Positions 1-12,047 of a stretch of DNA of 64,000 nucleotides are shown here, one piece after another. Numbering within the stretch: position 1 is the first letter of the stretch; each line of letters begins with the position of its first letter. Under the pieces are notes generated by a model. It searched no databases and was not told the origin of the DNA. It worked only from the letters and a program-made list of their open reading frames with translations. The DNA comes from Paraspadella gotoi (lineage: Eukaryota; Animalia; Chaetognatha), in NCBI GenBank assembly GCA_051294375.1, contig CM119265.1, positions 23,962,669 to 24,026,668 on the forward strand. The letters are read 5' to 3'. A program made the position numbers and the translations under genes.

Positions 1-181
1 AGGCGCAACTGATTGACCCGCTAAAAAAAAAAAAAGATTTTCTCATTTTTTCGTCTCGACTTTCCTTTTCGCCATCAACATTTCCCTCCACGATCGTTAA
101 TGCGTCTAGTTGAGTTTTACACGTCGTTTCCCACCTCCTCTTGCTCCTCCTCATCCCCTCTTGCTCCCTTCCTCCCCTTCT

Positions 182-260
<79 letters not shown>

Positions 261-374
261 ATAAAACTCATAATTTCTTAACGACGTAAATCGCATAACT
301 GATTCTTTAAGCTTCCCGAGTTGATTAGATATAAAAGGTTGTCACTGTAATCGTCCTTGCCAGTAGTTGTTTCC

Positions 375-439
<65 letters not shown>

Positions 440-532
440 AGAGAGACCGCACGACCTTGTCGTGGATTCTGGGGCCTTGAATCTCGGGCTTGGATAACCT
501 TTAACGCGAAGGGACACGTGTTATACAAAGAA

Positions 533-563
<31 letters not shown>

Positions 564-2150
564 TGTTATACCTCTGCGATAGGGATTTTCTTTCCCGCGT
601 TTCATCGTCGTGATATTTCTCACCTCGTTTTTTTATGACCCGACTTGTTTCTAGATTATCCTTTCTAGGTGATCCTTCCTTTTTACGTATAAATCTTTTT
701 CCTCATTAGTAATACTTTCTCCTATCTTAGGCTTCTTTAATTTTTTCGTTCTTTTTTCTCTTGTATTTTTTGTTTTTATTCTCTCTTTCTTTATTTCATT
801 GTAATTTTCTTTTTATTTCTCTCTTTCTCAAACTTTCAACGTCGCCTTTGCTTCTCATCCTTTTATAAACAACTCTTACTTCCCCCTGCGCTTTCTTAGT
901 TTCTCTTTATTTCCTTCAAATTCTTTCTTTTGTTTATCTTCTTTCGTGAAAAGAAGTTTAAAGTCGCTTGTGGTTCATCTTTTTTTTCATCGTCTTCTTT
1001 CTGATCTTATTTCTCCTTTTAATCCGCATTTTTTATTCTTTACGATTCTGTTTTTCTTTCTCTTTTCTTTTTTCCCTCATTCATCCATCACCCTCTTTCT
1101 TCACTGTTCATTATTACATACAGCGTATCAATAATTATAAATTTTAAAAGTGACGAAGAAACAACATTGTACGGATTAAAAATACTTTGTTAGGCTATAT
1201 TTTTAAAATATACAGATACCCAATACACAATATACAAAAAAATATTTAAATTTCAAATTGGTCTTTTGTAAAATTTTCTAACAGATTCGGATTCGTGATA
1301 AAAGTAAATAAAAAAAGTATAAATTTTGATTAAGTTAGTCAAAAATCTAAAAAGCTATATTATAATTGTAAACTTCAATATCGTTTTACAATTTGTAATC
1401 GAAATAATTTGTCAAAATGATTTATATTTTCATTTATCAACTTTGAAAAGTAAATCTGACAACAAAATTAAAAAAAAAATTGAAATTTTAAGGTTTTATA
1501 CGGATAGTACTCCGTATATATTTATAATTATGAATATAACTGCAAAATCAAAGACATGAAATTGATTTTTTTTCAATTTGATCTTTATTGGCGTAACGTT
1601 GTTCATGATTGAATTTTAGAATTTTAATACACAAATTTCACTACGCTCTAATGTTTATACACCTCTCTTATGAAATTGGTACAACCAATATAAAAATCAT
1701 CCATTCATTCAATAACTAATCTATCTTGCCCTCTGACTTTATAATATAACTAAGCTATCTTACCCGCTGACTTTATAATATATCTAAATACCAGTTCTCT
1801 TCCACAAATCCTTTCTCTCTATCGACTTCTCTTTTCTTTTCCTCCACATAATCCTCCCTCCCTCTCTTCTCTCCTCCCCCTCCTCCTCCTCCTCCTCCTC
1901 CCACTCCTCCTCTCCTTCCCGTCCAGGTCTGGCTTTCCGTATCCTAGCGACGTCGCGTAAACACGCCGCCGCCATTTTGTTTTCTTTTCTTTTTCTCCAT
2001 CTTGGATTTTTATGCTTTATTCTTTGTGTGCGAAGGAAAAATATGAACTGCGAAAGTAAACACGGATGTTGGCTTCAAACTTCTCTCTTTGACCCGCGAA
2101 ACATAAAAAGGAGTAGAAGAGGAAAGAATAAATAACTCTGTCTCTGTCTC

Positions 2151-2213
<63 letters not shown>

Positions 2214-2290
2214 AAAACAAACTCATCTGACAATTGAACCAATTGAATCAAAACAAACTCATCAGTCAATCAACACAGATCTCGATTTAA

Positions 2291-3225
2291 GGACGTGATG
2301 TTCTTGAAAGCGCGTCACAATACGCAGAACGACTCTTCGCATGGTGCGTTTCAAGAAATCTAAATCTAGCAACAGCAACTCTTCAAGCTACCCTTCATCG
2401 TCTTGAAGAATGGTGTGATACATGGTTTTTAGGTCTTTGTCCTGCAAAATCAAACTGTATTTTAATAACTCGTTGTCCCTTCACTTTTGAATACGACGTT
2501 AAACTATATTTGTTTGGAGAACAAAATTCCTGTTTGCAATACTATAAAATTTTTAGGATGTATCATTGATCGAAAATTAACCTGGACTCAACATATTAAT
2601 GAACTATTTCTAAAGCCAAGTCCAAAATATTAGCGATTAACAGATTATCTAAATATGTCATAGGAGATAATTTTCCAACTCGTACATCAGCTTTTCTCGA
2701 CTTTAATTGTTTCTTTGTTTTTATATTCAGCACCTTGCTTTTTATCTGCAGGTAGATATCACTGGCAAAAAATTTGATACTCTTCAACTGCGAGCTATTA
2801 AAAATTTTTTCATAGATTAACCGATACATATTGATAATGATTTAGCGCGAGATGCAGCAAGTATGATCCACTATCTGAATATGTAAGAAATATGTCAGTA
2901 AGACGTTTAAAAAACATGATTCGAAATAATTCTCTTTTGATACCATTGTTGATCGTATTGAAAAAAATTTGACCTACACTAATATGTCACCAATAGAGCT
3001 TTTATTAGGTTGGGACAACATTTCGAAAAAGAAAGATTGTTTGAACTGCCTCTTGGAAAGATTTCATGAAACATGTTTAGGGATAAAAACTCTACCCGAT
3101 TTTCGTTTATATCTTTAAATACTTTTCAACTTGTGAATATCGTTTTTGTAAATTGATGTAGCTTTTAGGGGCACAATGTAGCCCCAAAGCCCGTTTCTTT
3201 AATAACAATTCAATTCAATTCAATT
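2291..3225 (+). mobile_element. 5'-truncated non-LTR retrotransposon (LINE; Jockey/I-group-like RT C-terminus), frameshifted
   Basis: tacgcagaacgac at 2321 reads YADD with a 1-nt insertion, then LQATLHRLEEWCDTWFLGLCPAKSNCILIT and, after a frameshift, IPVCNTIKFLGCIIDRKLTWTQHI (KxLGxxxDxxLxW motif). Stop at 3116-3118, 3' hairpin at 3161-3190, (CAATT)4 tail at 3206-3225. Confidence 0.85.
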
Positions 3226-3864
3226 CTCTCTCTCTCTCTCTTCTCACTCTTCCTCTCTGCCCACTCTCTGACTGCAGGTGTTGATCCTCGATTTCAATCA
3301 TGCTACAAGTATAACTTAATTTTTTTTATATTAATATCGTAATATAATATACGAAAATTTATGATGAAACCGTAAGAGTAAATGAATTTAAAAATATAAT
3401 TTAAATTAAAATAAAATCCATGAAAATAGAATTACATTAAACTTGTTTCTTTGCCTCCCGCGTCTTCGTTATCAAATAACTCGATATTTGCCAACACTGA
3501 TAACAGGTAATTAGTAATTAGTTATTTTTCTTTTTTTTTTTTCTAAATTAAACTTACATAGACGTAGTACGTACATTCGTACATTTGCTATTCGTTTTAA
3601 CTCTAGAAATATATATTGCGAAGAATTCATGGATTAGAAAAGGCGCCAAAGAACCTCGTGGATCGGGGTGGGAAAAGACGAGAGGCAAAGACTTTGAGTG
3701 GGAAATACTTAAGTTTTAAAGAAGGCAGAGGAAAGAGATTGGGATTCACTTGCGTTGGGCGCGAGAAAAAAGAAAACGAAAAGAAAGAAGAGAGAAAGAA
3801 AGAAAAAGAAAGAAAACCAGATAAGAGAAAAAAAAAGAAGAAAGAAAAAAAAAGAAAGATAAAA

Positions 3865-3931
<67 letters not shown>

Positions 3932-4060
3932 TAAGAAAGAAAAAAAAGAAAGAAAGCTGGAATCCTTGAATCGAAGTTGAGGACAAGCAGAAGCGTTTTG
4001 ACTTTCGACTTTGAAAAGAGACTCAAAGGAAATTCATTTCCTTTTCTTTTCTTTTAAATT

Positions 4061-4215
4061 ATGAGCTTCTCTTTACATGAATGAGCTCTCTTTTAACATG
4101 ATGAGCTTCTCTTTTACATGATAAGCTTCTCTTTTTACATGATGAGCTTCTCTTTTACATCATGAGCTATTATCTTTTACATCAGAGCTTTTCTATTACA
4201 TCTGAGCTTTTTTTT
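4061..4215 (+). repeat. 20-bp minisatellite ATGAGCTTCTCTTTTACATG, ~7-8 units (also ~7289, 7811, 15535, 23863)
   Basis: Directly visible tandem units. Confidence 0.9.
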
Positions 4216-4378
4216 TCTTTGTCTAACTTCGTTTTTAAGCGTATATTTCTTCAACTCACTATTGACAATGACAATAAAACTCGGACCCACAATTTAGCTA
4301 CGCAGACCGCTTCCATAACGATCAGGAAGAGAGCGTAAAGGCTCGTGACATCGCCAGTTAGAGGCCTTCCCGCCCCTC

Positions 4379-4575
4379 AAACCCTAAACCCTAAACCGGG
4401 CCCCGATCCAAACCCTAACCCGAACCAGTTTCCCCGGCTCGCTACATCAACATCCTAGCCCTAACCCTATCGCGGGCTTCCTGTCTCATGCCGAAGCAAA
4501 AACCCTAACCCTAGCGCCACCCGTGGGCCTCTCCCCCAACCCTAACCCTTACCCTAACCAATGGTAACCCATTCA
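4379..4575 (+). repeat. Interstitial telomere-like (AACCCT)2-3 blocks separated by unique GC-rich spacers (copies 15844-16038, 24172-24366)
   Basis: Five CCCTAA-type blocks separated by 17-31 nt of non-repeated sequence. Confidence 0.8.
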
Positions 4576-4979
4576 ATCGCGGAGCATCAAGTCAGCCGCG
4601 AGCCTCTCCCCCAACTCGCGCCTTTCCTCTTATTCGCTACTTTATTTTATCCCAGTGTAGCTAAATAAGCATAAAAAATTATTGAGCCGAAAGCGAAGAG
4701 TCGAGAGACCTCGACGGCCGAAAAAAAAGTTTTTGCGGGGAAAATGGATTTTTTTCTTTCTTCTAATTATTTTTCTTCACAATCCCTTTTTTCTTTATTC
4801 TTTCGACGCAAAATTCTTCCCTCTTCTTCCCGCGAGAAGAAAAGCCCGGAGAAAAGGAAGGAACAGAAAGGAGGAGGAGGAAGGAGGAGGAAGGGAAAGA
4901 GGAAAGAAAACAAAAGAAAAAAGGAGAGAATGAAGGACGAAAAATGCTGGGAAGAAAAATTCTGAGAGAGGCATTGCCA

Positions 4980-5110
<131 letters not shown>

Positions 5111-5393
5111 GAGAGTGAAAGAGAGAGAGATAGAGAGATAGAGAAAGTGACAGAATTTTTAAAAATAAAACAGTTAAATGACTGCTGATTGCAGTGCTTT
5201 TAGTTAATTAATTTTTTACGTAATATTCCAATATTCGTGTGAGCAGCCAGCATTTTTAGGTCAATTTATTTGTTAAAATCATAGCAATATATATATATAT
5301 ATAATAAAACAATATAGTTTTTCGCATTATTTTTTGCGCTTTATCCAGCTTTACGCGTCAATTGTTGGACGATATTTGGGTTCGCCAAATTAG

Positions 5394-5493
<100 letters not shown>

Positions 5494-5589
5494 ACTTCCG
5501 CTGGCGACGTCAAACGAGGGTTCGTTCCAATTCCTTTATTTTGTCGACGAAGATTAATTCAACCGCGGGAAAAGGGGAATTTGGGATTA

Positions 5590-6232
5590 AGGAAAAAGAA
5601 TAGGGGAAAGGAAAAGGGGAAAAAGGAAAAGGGAAAAAAGGAAATGGAAAAATGAAAATAGAAAAGAAGTAAAAGAGAAAAGGGAAAAAAGGAAAGGGGA
5701 AAAAAGGAAAAGAGGAAAAGGAAAATGGAAAAAGAGGAAAAAGAGGAAAAATAGGAAAGGAAAAGGGAAAAAAGGAAAAAGAGAAAATAGGAAAAGGGAA
5801 AAAAGGAAAATGGAAAAAGAGGAAAAAGGAAATAAGCAAAAGATAAAAAAAGGAAAAATAGATAAGGAAAATGGAAAAAGGAAAAGGGAAAAAAGGTAAA
5901 GGAAAAAAGGAAAATGGAAAAAAAGCAAAAGAGAAAAAAGGAAAAGGGAAAAAAGGAAAATGGAAAAAAGGAAAAGAGAAAAAGAGGAAAAGGCAAAAAA
6001 GAGGGATTAAAGAGGGAAAGAGAGAGAGAAAGAATCAGAAAACTAAGAAAAGAAAATGTGAGAGAATTAATAAGACAGTGAAATGATTTTAAAAAACAAA
6101 GGAGAGAAAAGTGTACGTGGAAAAAAAAAAAGAATGATGAATAAAATAAATACAATGAAAAAAAGAAAAAAGGAAAAACAAACAAGAAAGGAAAACAAAC
6201 AAAAAAAAAAGAAAGAAAAAAAATAGGAATGT
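5590..6232 (+). repeat. Degenerate polypurine (GGAAAA-type) low-complexity tract (copy 25430-26070)
   Basis: Almost pure A/G on the plus strand; source of the K/E/G-rich and F/S/P-rich spurious ORFs. Confidence 0.9.
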
Positions 6233-6563
6233 GGGAGCAACTAATTCCTCCTTCGTAGAGACGAGAGATTCTGACGCGCAATTTCCGGGCGTCGAATGGC
6301 AACCGTGAGAGTGGCATCAGTCATAATGTTATCCCCGAGATTGCCATCCTTTGCAGGGATTACCATTCCTTTGGATGTTCGAGATCTATGGAAAACTATC
6401 ATCAGGCATCGGAATGCTATTTTCGATAACATTTTCTAATCATTATTATTTTTAATTTACTATATACGATGTCCGTGATTAGTGGCTAATTTGAACGTAT
6501 GTTTGTTAGTAGAAATCTACATCAAAAAATAAAGTTTTNNNNNNNNNNNNNNNNNNNNNNNNN

Positions 6564-7127
6564 TCAATCATGCGTACAAGTATAACTTAATTTTTTTTAT
6601 ATTAATATCGTTAATATATATTACGAAAATTTATGATGAAACCGTAAGAGTAAATGAATTTAAAAATATTAATTTAAATTTAAAATTAAATCATCCTGAA
6701 AATAGAATCCTTTTCGCTACCCGTGTCTTCGTTATCAAACTCGATATTTGCCAACACTGATAACGGTAATTAGTAATTAGTTATTTTTCCTTTTTTTTTT
6801 TCTAAATTAACTTACATAGACGTAGTACGTACATTCGTACATTGCTATTCTGTTTTACTTTAGAAATATATATTGCGAAGAATTCATGGATTAGAAAAGG
6901 CGCCAAAGAACCTCGTGGGATCGGGGTGGGAAAAGACGAGAGGCAAAGACTTTTGAGTGGGAAATACTTAAGTTTTAAGAAGGCATAGGAAAGAGATTGG
7001 ATTCACTTGCGTTGGGCGCGAGAAAAAAGAAAAACAGAAAGGAAAGATAGAGAGAATAAAGAAAGAAAGAAAGAAAGAAAGAAAGAAGAAAGAAAGAAAA
7101 GAAGAAAGAAAGATAGAAAGAAAGAAA

Positions 7128-7160
<33 letters not shown>

Positions 7161-8143
7161 AGTAGAAAGAAAAAAAAGAAAGAAAGCTGGAATCCTTGAA
7201 TCGAAGTTGAGGACGAGAGGAAGCGTTTTGACTTTCGACTTTGAAAAGAGACTCAAAGGAATTCATTTCCTTTTCTTTCTTTTAAATTATGAGCTTCTCT
7301 TTTACATGAATGAGCTCTCTTTTAACATGATGAGCTTCTCTTTTACATGATAAGCTTCTCTTTTACATGATGAGCTTCTCTTTTACATCATGAGCTATTT
7401 CTATTTTACATCAGAGCTTTCATTTACATCTTGAGCTTTTTTTTTATTCTAAATTTTTTTTCTTTCTTGGAATTAAGCGTATTTTCTTTCACTCACTATT
7501 GACATGACAATAAGACTCGGACCCACAATTTGCTACGCAGCACCGCTTCCATAACGATCAGGAAGAGAGTCGTAAAGGCTCGTGACATCGCCAGTTTTTG
7601 AGCCTTCCGCCCCTCAAACCCCCTAAACCCTAAAGCCGGGCCCCGATNNNNNNNNNNNNNNNNNNNNNNNNNAGAAAGAAAGGAAGTAAGAAAGAAAAAA
7701 AAGAAAGAAAGCTGGAATCCTTGAATCGAAGTTGAGGACGAAGAGAACGTTTTGACTTTCGACTTGAAAGAGACTCAAAGGATTCATTTCCTTTTCTTTT
7801 CTTTTAAATTATGAGCTTCTCTTTTACATGATGAGCTCTCTTTTACATGATGAGCTTCTCTTTTACATGATAAGCTTCTCTTTTACATGATGAGCTTCTC
7901 TTTTACATCATAAGCTTCTATTTTACATCATGAGCTTTTCTTTTACATCTTGAGCTTTTCTTTTTCTTCCTTGGCGAAAATTAAGCGTATTTTCTTTCAC
8001 TCACTATTGACAATGACAATAAAACTCGGACCACAATTTGCTACCAGAACCGCTTCCATACGATCAGGAAGAGAGTCGTAAAGGCTCGTGACATCGCCAG
8101 TGAGCCTTCCGCTCAACCCTAACCCTAAGCCGGGCCCCGATCC
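6564..8143 (+). repeat. Two gap-bounded partial copies (6564-7647 ~ 3295-4407; 7673-8143 ~ 3920-4409)
   Basis: Each follows an exact 25-N gap and repeats the (AAAG)n tract, the 20-bp minisatellite and the start of the telomere-like array. Confidence 0.9.
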
Positions 8144-8808
8144 ACGGCTCTTGCTTTAAGCCTTCATCAGCGTTTGTTTTTCTCTAACTATTTAAACACA
8201 ACGAAAAGAAAGGAAATAATATAATGTCATTACTTCTTTAAACGTCACATTATACACAAGATTGTGATAGTTTTCATGATGGAGAATAACGGTGTAGTAA
8301 AACAAAAACAATATTAATTTTTATTATTCATTTTTTTCTTATTTATTGCCAAATATATTTACTTCGTATTTAAATTGAATCCATTTTTGAAATTTTTCGT
8401 GCGGGCTTCTCGAAACTATTTTAATATGATTTTATGTTAGATTTTTTCAAGCATTTCTAATCTTAAATATTTAAACCTATCATAGCAGAGAATAGAATTT
8501 CTAGATTTTATAAGGATAATACCATATATTTAAATATATACAGCCAACTACGAAATTGTTATCTTTGTAATCTCAAGTCCAAACTGAATCTCAAAATACA
8601 TTTTTTAACTTTTCAAAAAAAGTAATAATAAACCGATGAATTTTTATTGTTTTTTTTAAAATAAATCAGAAATAGAAAAAAATAAATAAGGCGTTTAGAC
8701 TTTCGCCATTGCGATGCATTATCATCTCAAAATGCAGTATCACTGGAATAGTGCTGCAAATGTAGCATTATCCCTAAATGCAGCATCATCCCTTAATGCA
8801 GCATCAGC

Positions 8809-10779
8809 TCAAAAGTTCGTCCCTTGATTCTTCGTCTTCAAAGTTCCATCGCGAACTGGACTAAAGCGAAGAAGGAAACCACGGTCATAGTCAAACGAAG
8901 AGGCTGGGGAAAAAAAAAGAATATTAAAAAATAGTTAATTGTTTTAGAATTAATTAAAAAACCCAATCTTCCCGTAAAAGTTGACAACTTCATTCATGTC
9001 GACGAGGCTTTTCAAAAGGATGAAGCTTACGATCAAATTACCATTATTTTTTTCATTGTTTAAAAAGCTTAATTTACTGACGAATCTCTTTAAAAATACT
9101 TTTTACCCACTTCGAGTCCGTCACGCTTTTTAAGCGGCTTAAGCGGTTGCTCTAACCTTTTCCAGCTTCGAGGACTTGATTTAGAGATGCTAGGGTCCTC
9201 ATCCAAATTATTTTTCTTTTCTACTGTATCTTCGTCGATGCCAAAGTCACAATCTTCAAAGCTGCGTTTGTCCAGTCTTATTGCAAACGGAATCAAACCT
9301 TGCTTTCGAAACGAGGTAAGGCCGACGGCCTTCAATTTAATAATCATAAAAGATAAATTTTTTAAAACCATCGATACTCATTTCAATTAGTAATTATAAA
9401 TTAGATTATACCGAAATAATTTTCGGGTCACGTGATCGTTTATTGAGGTGACTGCACAAGTATGAAACAACTAAAACATAAGTGGGACAGACCAACGGGC
9501 AGAGAGACAGGGACTTATAAGGTGACCGACAAACTGAAAAGTGAGTACTCAGTTAAAATTGTTTTACCTTTTTATTTATAAATTTTGAACTTTTCCTCAT
9601 TATCTCGTCTTATTTGTCGGATTCTGCCTCAGCACTCACCGCCAGCCTCTGCCAGTTTTCCCCATCTCAATAGACAATTCTACTCACCCATTAAACCATT
9701 GTGCTGCCGGTAAAATAGTAGCAGACAAAAATGTCACGGCCTATAGCGGGCCCTTGGCGACAGGTAGTTTTGCCGCAGCCGAACTTCCGTCGTCTCGTCC
9801 CAAACCATCTGCGCCCAAGAAAGATTGTTGTTTTTTTTGTTAATGTTAATGTTAATTTAGGCAAATAGTAAATAGAACGGAGGTGGCAAAAAATCAAGGG
9901 GACCGAAATTAATTCAATTATTTATAAGATTAAACATTCATATAAGCTATCTTGCCGCGTGACCTTTGACAGGCTATCGTGAGTTAAGGCTTCCATTCCT
10001 CTTACAAGATAATGACATAGCGGATCCCTGCAAGCTTTTAATTAAGATTCTCTCACAGTCTAGTTCATTCACTCCCAGAGTGCCGGGCTTCCCCATCAAT
10101 TGAAGTGGTATAATGATTGAAAGAATGCTTTAAATGTATATAAAGGACCACTCCCTTTAATATTACATCGCGAATACTTTGATATACTCCGCACTATCAT
10201 CAAAATACGATGAGCTGACAGATATGAAAACTTAAGGAACTCGTAAGAATTAAAATAAAAAAAGAAGTGAGGGATTTAAACCTGCTGATAATTTTTGCAT
10301 CTTCCCAATCCAGCGCATTTGTTATTGCAGTAGTCGTAATGTTCAGATTCGATGCCCAACGGTCCATTGCAAATTTAGCGTCGAAGCAGCCAGCACTGAG
10401 AGACAAAAAGTTATCGCCGACTTTTTCCTCAATTCCGGTAACGTCCTTGACGAATGAGGGTTCCGAGCTTGGGCTTCTTTTCTCGCACTTATCAGCCCAC
10501 ATTTTTTGCCGCCTTAGCCAATTTATGATTCCAAGTCAACTAGGAGAAATTTTACAGATAAAACATTGAGAATGTGTATAACAGCTTTTTAAGAGTTGCG
10601 ACAGAGATGACTCACTTTGGGCAGCTTGGTCTCCGGGGGCAAGGCTTCACTGTGGCTCTGTGATGGTTGTGATTGTCAAGCATGAGCTGTTCTTCATCCG
10701 TCACGCTGGGATTTGATAATCCATTGGCGATGACCCAAAAGAAGATGATATTGAATAGAGCAGAATCACAAAATTCCAT
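8809..10779 (-). CDS. Secreted CAP/SCP/TAPS (PR-1/GLIPR/PI16-like) domain protein; exons 10779-10616, 10539-10282, 9808-9688, 9329-9107, 8903-8809; several 1-nt indels
   Basis: Joined translation: MEFCDSALFNIIFFWVIANG (signal-like)..MLDNHNHHRATVKP..|LTWNHKLAKAAK.WADKC..VGDNFL..AMDRWA.ESEHYDYCNNKCAGLGRCKNYQQ|MVWDETTEVGCGKTTC..IFVCYY.PA..|.RRPY. All CAP motifs occur in the expected order with GT-AG boundaries. The last two exons and their frame are less certain. Confidence 0.85.
9943..10155 (+). mobile_element. Dispersed short repeat family (SINE/MITE-like, unclassified); related copies 1670-1780, 35907-36075, 56296-56400 (+) and 43600-43790 (-)
   Basis: Shared blocks atgaaattggtacaaccaatataaaaa, taagctatcttgccc-tgactttggacaggct, cttacaagataat..ccctgcaagcttt and actcccagag..ggcttccc.atc occur in unrelated contexts and on both strands. 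Confidence 0.7.
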
Positions 10780-11654
10780 TCTTTTGTTTTTTTTCTTTTA
10801 ATAATAATAATAAAAAAAATAAAAAAATAAAAAAAAATAAAAAAAATAAAAAAAAGTATATAAAAAAGTTGATAAACAGTTGGAAGTAAGCGTTTTATTT
10901 AGCGTTTTTAATATTTAACATTTGTAATAACATCAGAGGAGATCGCCCGAGCCTCCGATCCGATTTACTTTTGGTGGCTTGATACTCCTGCTATGATAAA
11001 CATGGATTTCTAAGACCAACTCAAGTGAATATATTTCTGACAAGAGAGACGACGATGGAGAAACACGGCAGGCGTCTAGATCAATGATAAGTCTAATTGA
11101 ACATGCTAGCTCTATTTATATGTTCATATGCCTTTCCTTAAGTTTTTAAACATTAATTTGCCGTTTTCTTTTTATAAAATTTTTTCATACAAATCATACC
11201 TGAGTACTTAATCCTTAATTATTGGGTCAGTCATATCTTGAATTTATTAATTCTTCCTTAATTAGTCAAGCCTTTTCGGTTGCCCGTCATTTTTCATTTT
11301 AAAAAGCGAATTGATGACTGAATTTTTGGTCGGTCGGTCCAGCTCATGATTAAAAAATTAAAACCTGTTAGCCTAAAAATGTTTTTTATAGGTAAAAAAA
11401 TAATAATAAAGCCGAGACATATATTGAATAATGAAACAAAATGAAAACCTAAAACTTAAAACTTGCGCGTACAAGCCGCAAACTGATTGACCGCTAAAAA
11501 AAAAAAAAGATTTTCTCATTTTTTTCGTCTCGACTTTCCTTTTCGCCATCAACATTTCCCTCCAGCGATCGTTAATTGCGTCGAGTTGAGTTTTTTACGT
11601 CGTTTTCACCTCCTCTTGCTCCTCCTCATCCTCCTCTTGCTCCCCTTCCTCCCC

Positions 11655-11741
<87 letters not shown>

Positions 11742-11861
11742 AAAACTCATAATTTCCTTAACGACGTAAATCGCATAACTGATTCTTTAAGGCTCCCGAG
11801 TTTGATTAGATATAAAAAGGTTGTCACTGTAATCGTTCCTTGCCAGTATTCTGTTTCCAGA

Positions 11862-11914
<53 letters not shown>

Positions 11915-11992
11915 CCCTTGTCGTGGATTCTGGGGCCTTGAATCTCGGGCTTGGATAACCTTTAACGCGAAGGGACACGTGTTATACAAGAG

Positions 11993-12047
<55 letters not shown>

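Noticed and set aside
1784-1980. aaaATGGCGGCG start / YY1-like GCCATTTT with a short minus-strand ORF
   Set aside because: The ORF runs into a (GAG)n tract, its frame differs between copies, and no downstream exon could be linked.
4379-4575. Repeat-spacer pattern read as a CRISPR array or a true telomere
   Set aside because: The repeats are only 12-22 nt of degenerate CCCTAA with irregular spacing, internal to the scaffold, and no cas genes are present.
8869-8889. YDRGFLL resembles the eIF4E-binding motif YxxxxL-phi of 4E-BP
   Set aside because: It lies in the tail of a probably secreted CAP protein and no other 4E-BP motifs are present; likely chance.
9640-9687. Apparent 22-nt intron plus micro-exon (WGKLAEAG) in the CAP gene
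   Set aside because: Weak GAG acceptor; direct splicing to 9329 with one homopolymer correction restores the conserved RPY motif more simply.
8809-10779. Calling the CAP and fukutin-like genes pseudogenes because of frameshifts
   Set aside because: The indels cluster in homopolymers and the whole window shows long-read-type errors; motifs and splice sites are intact, so sequencing error is more likely.
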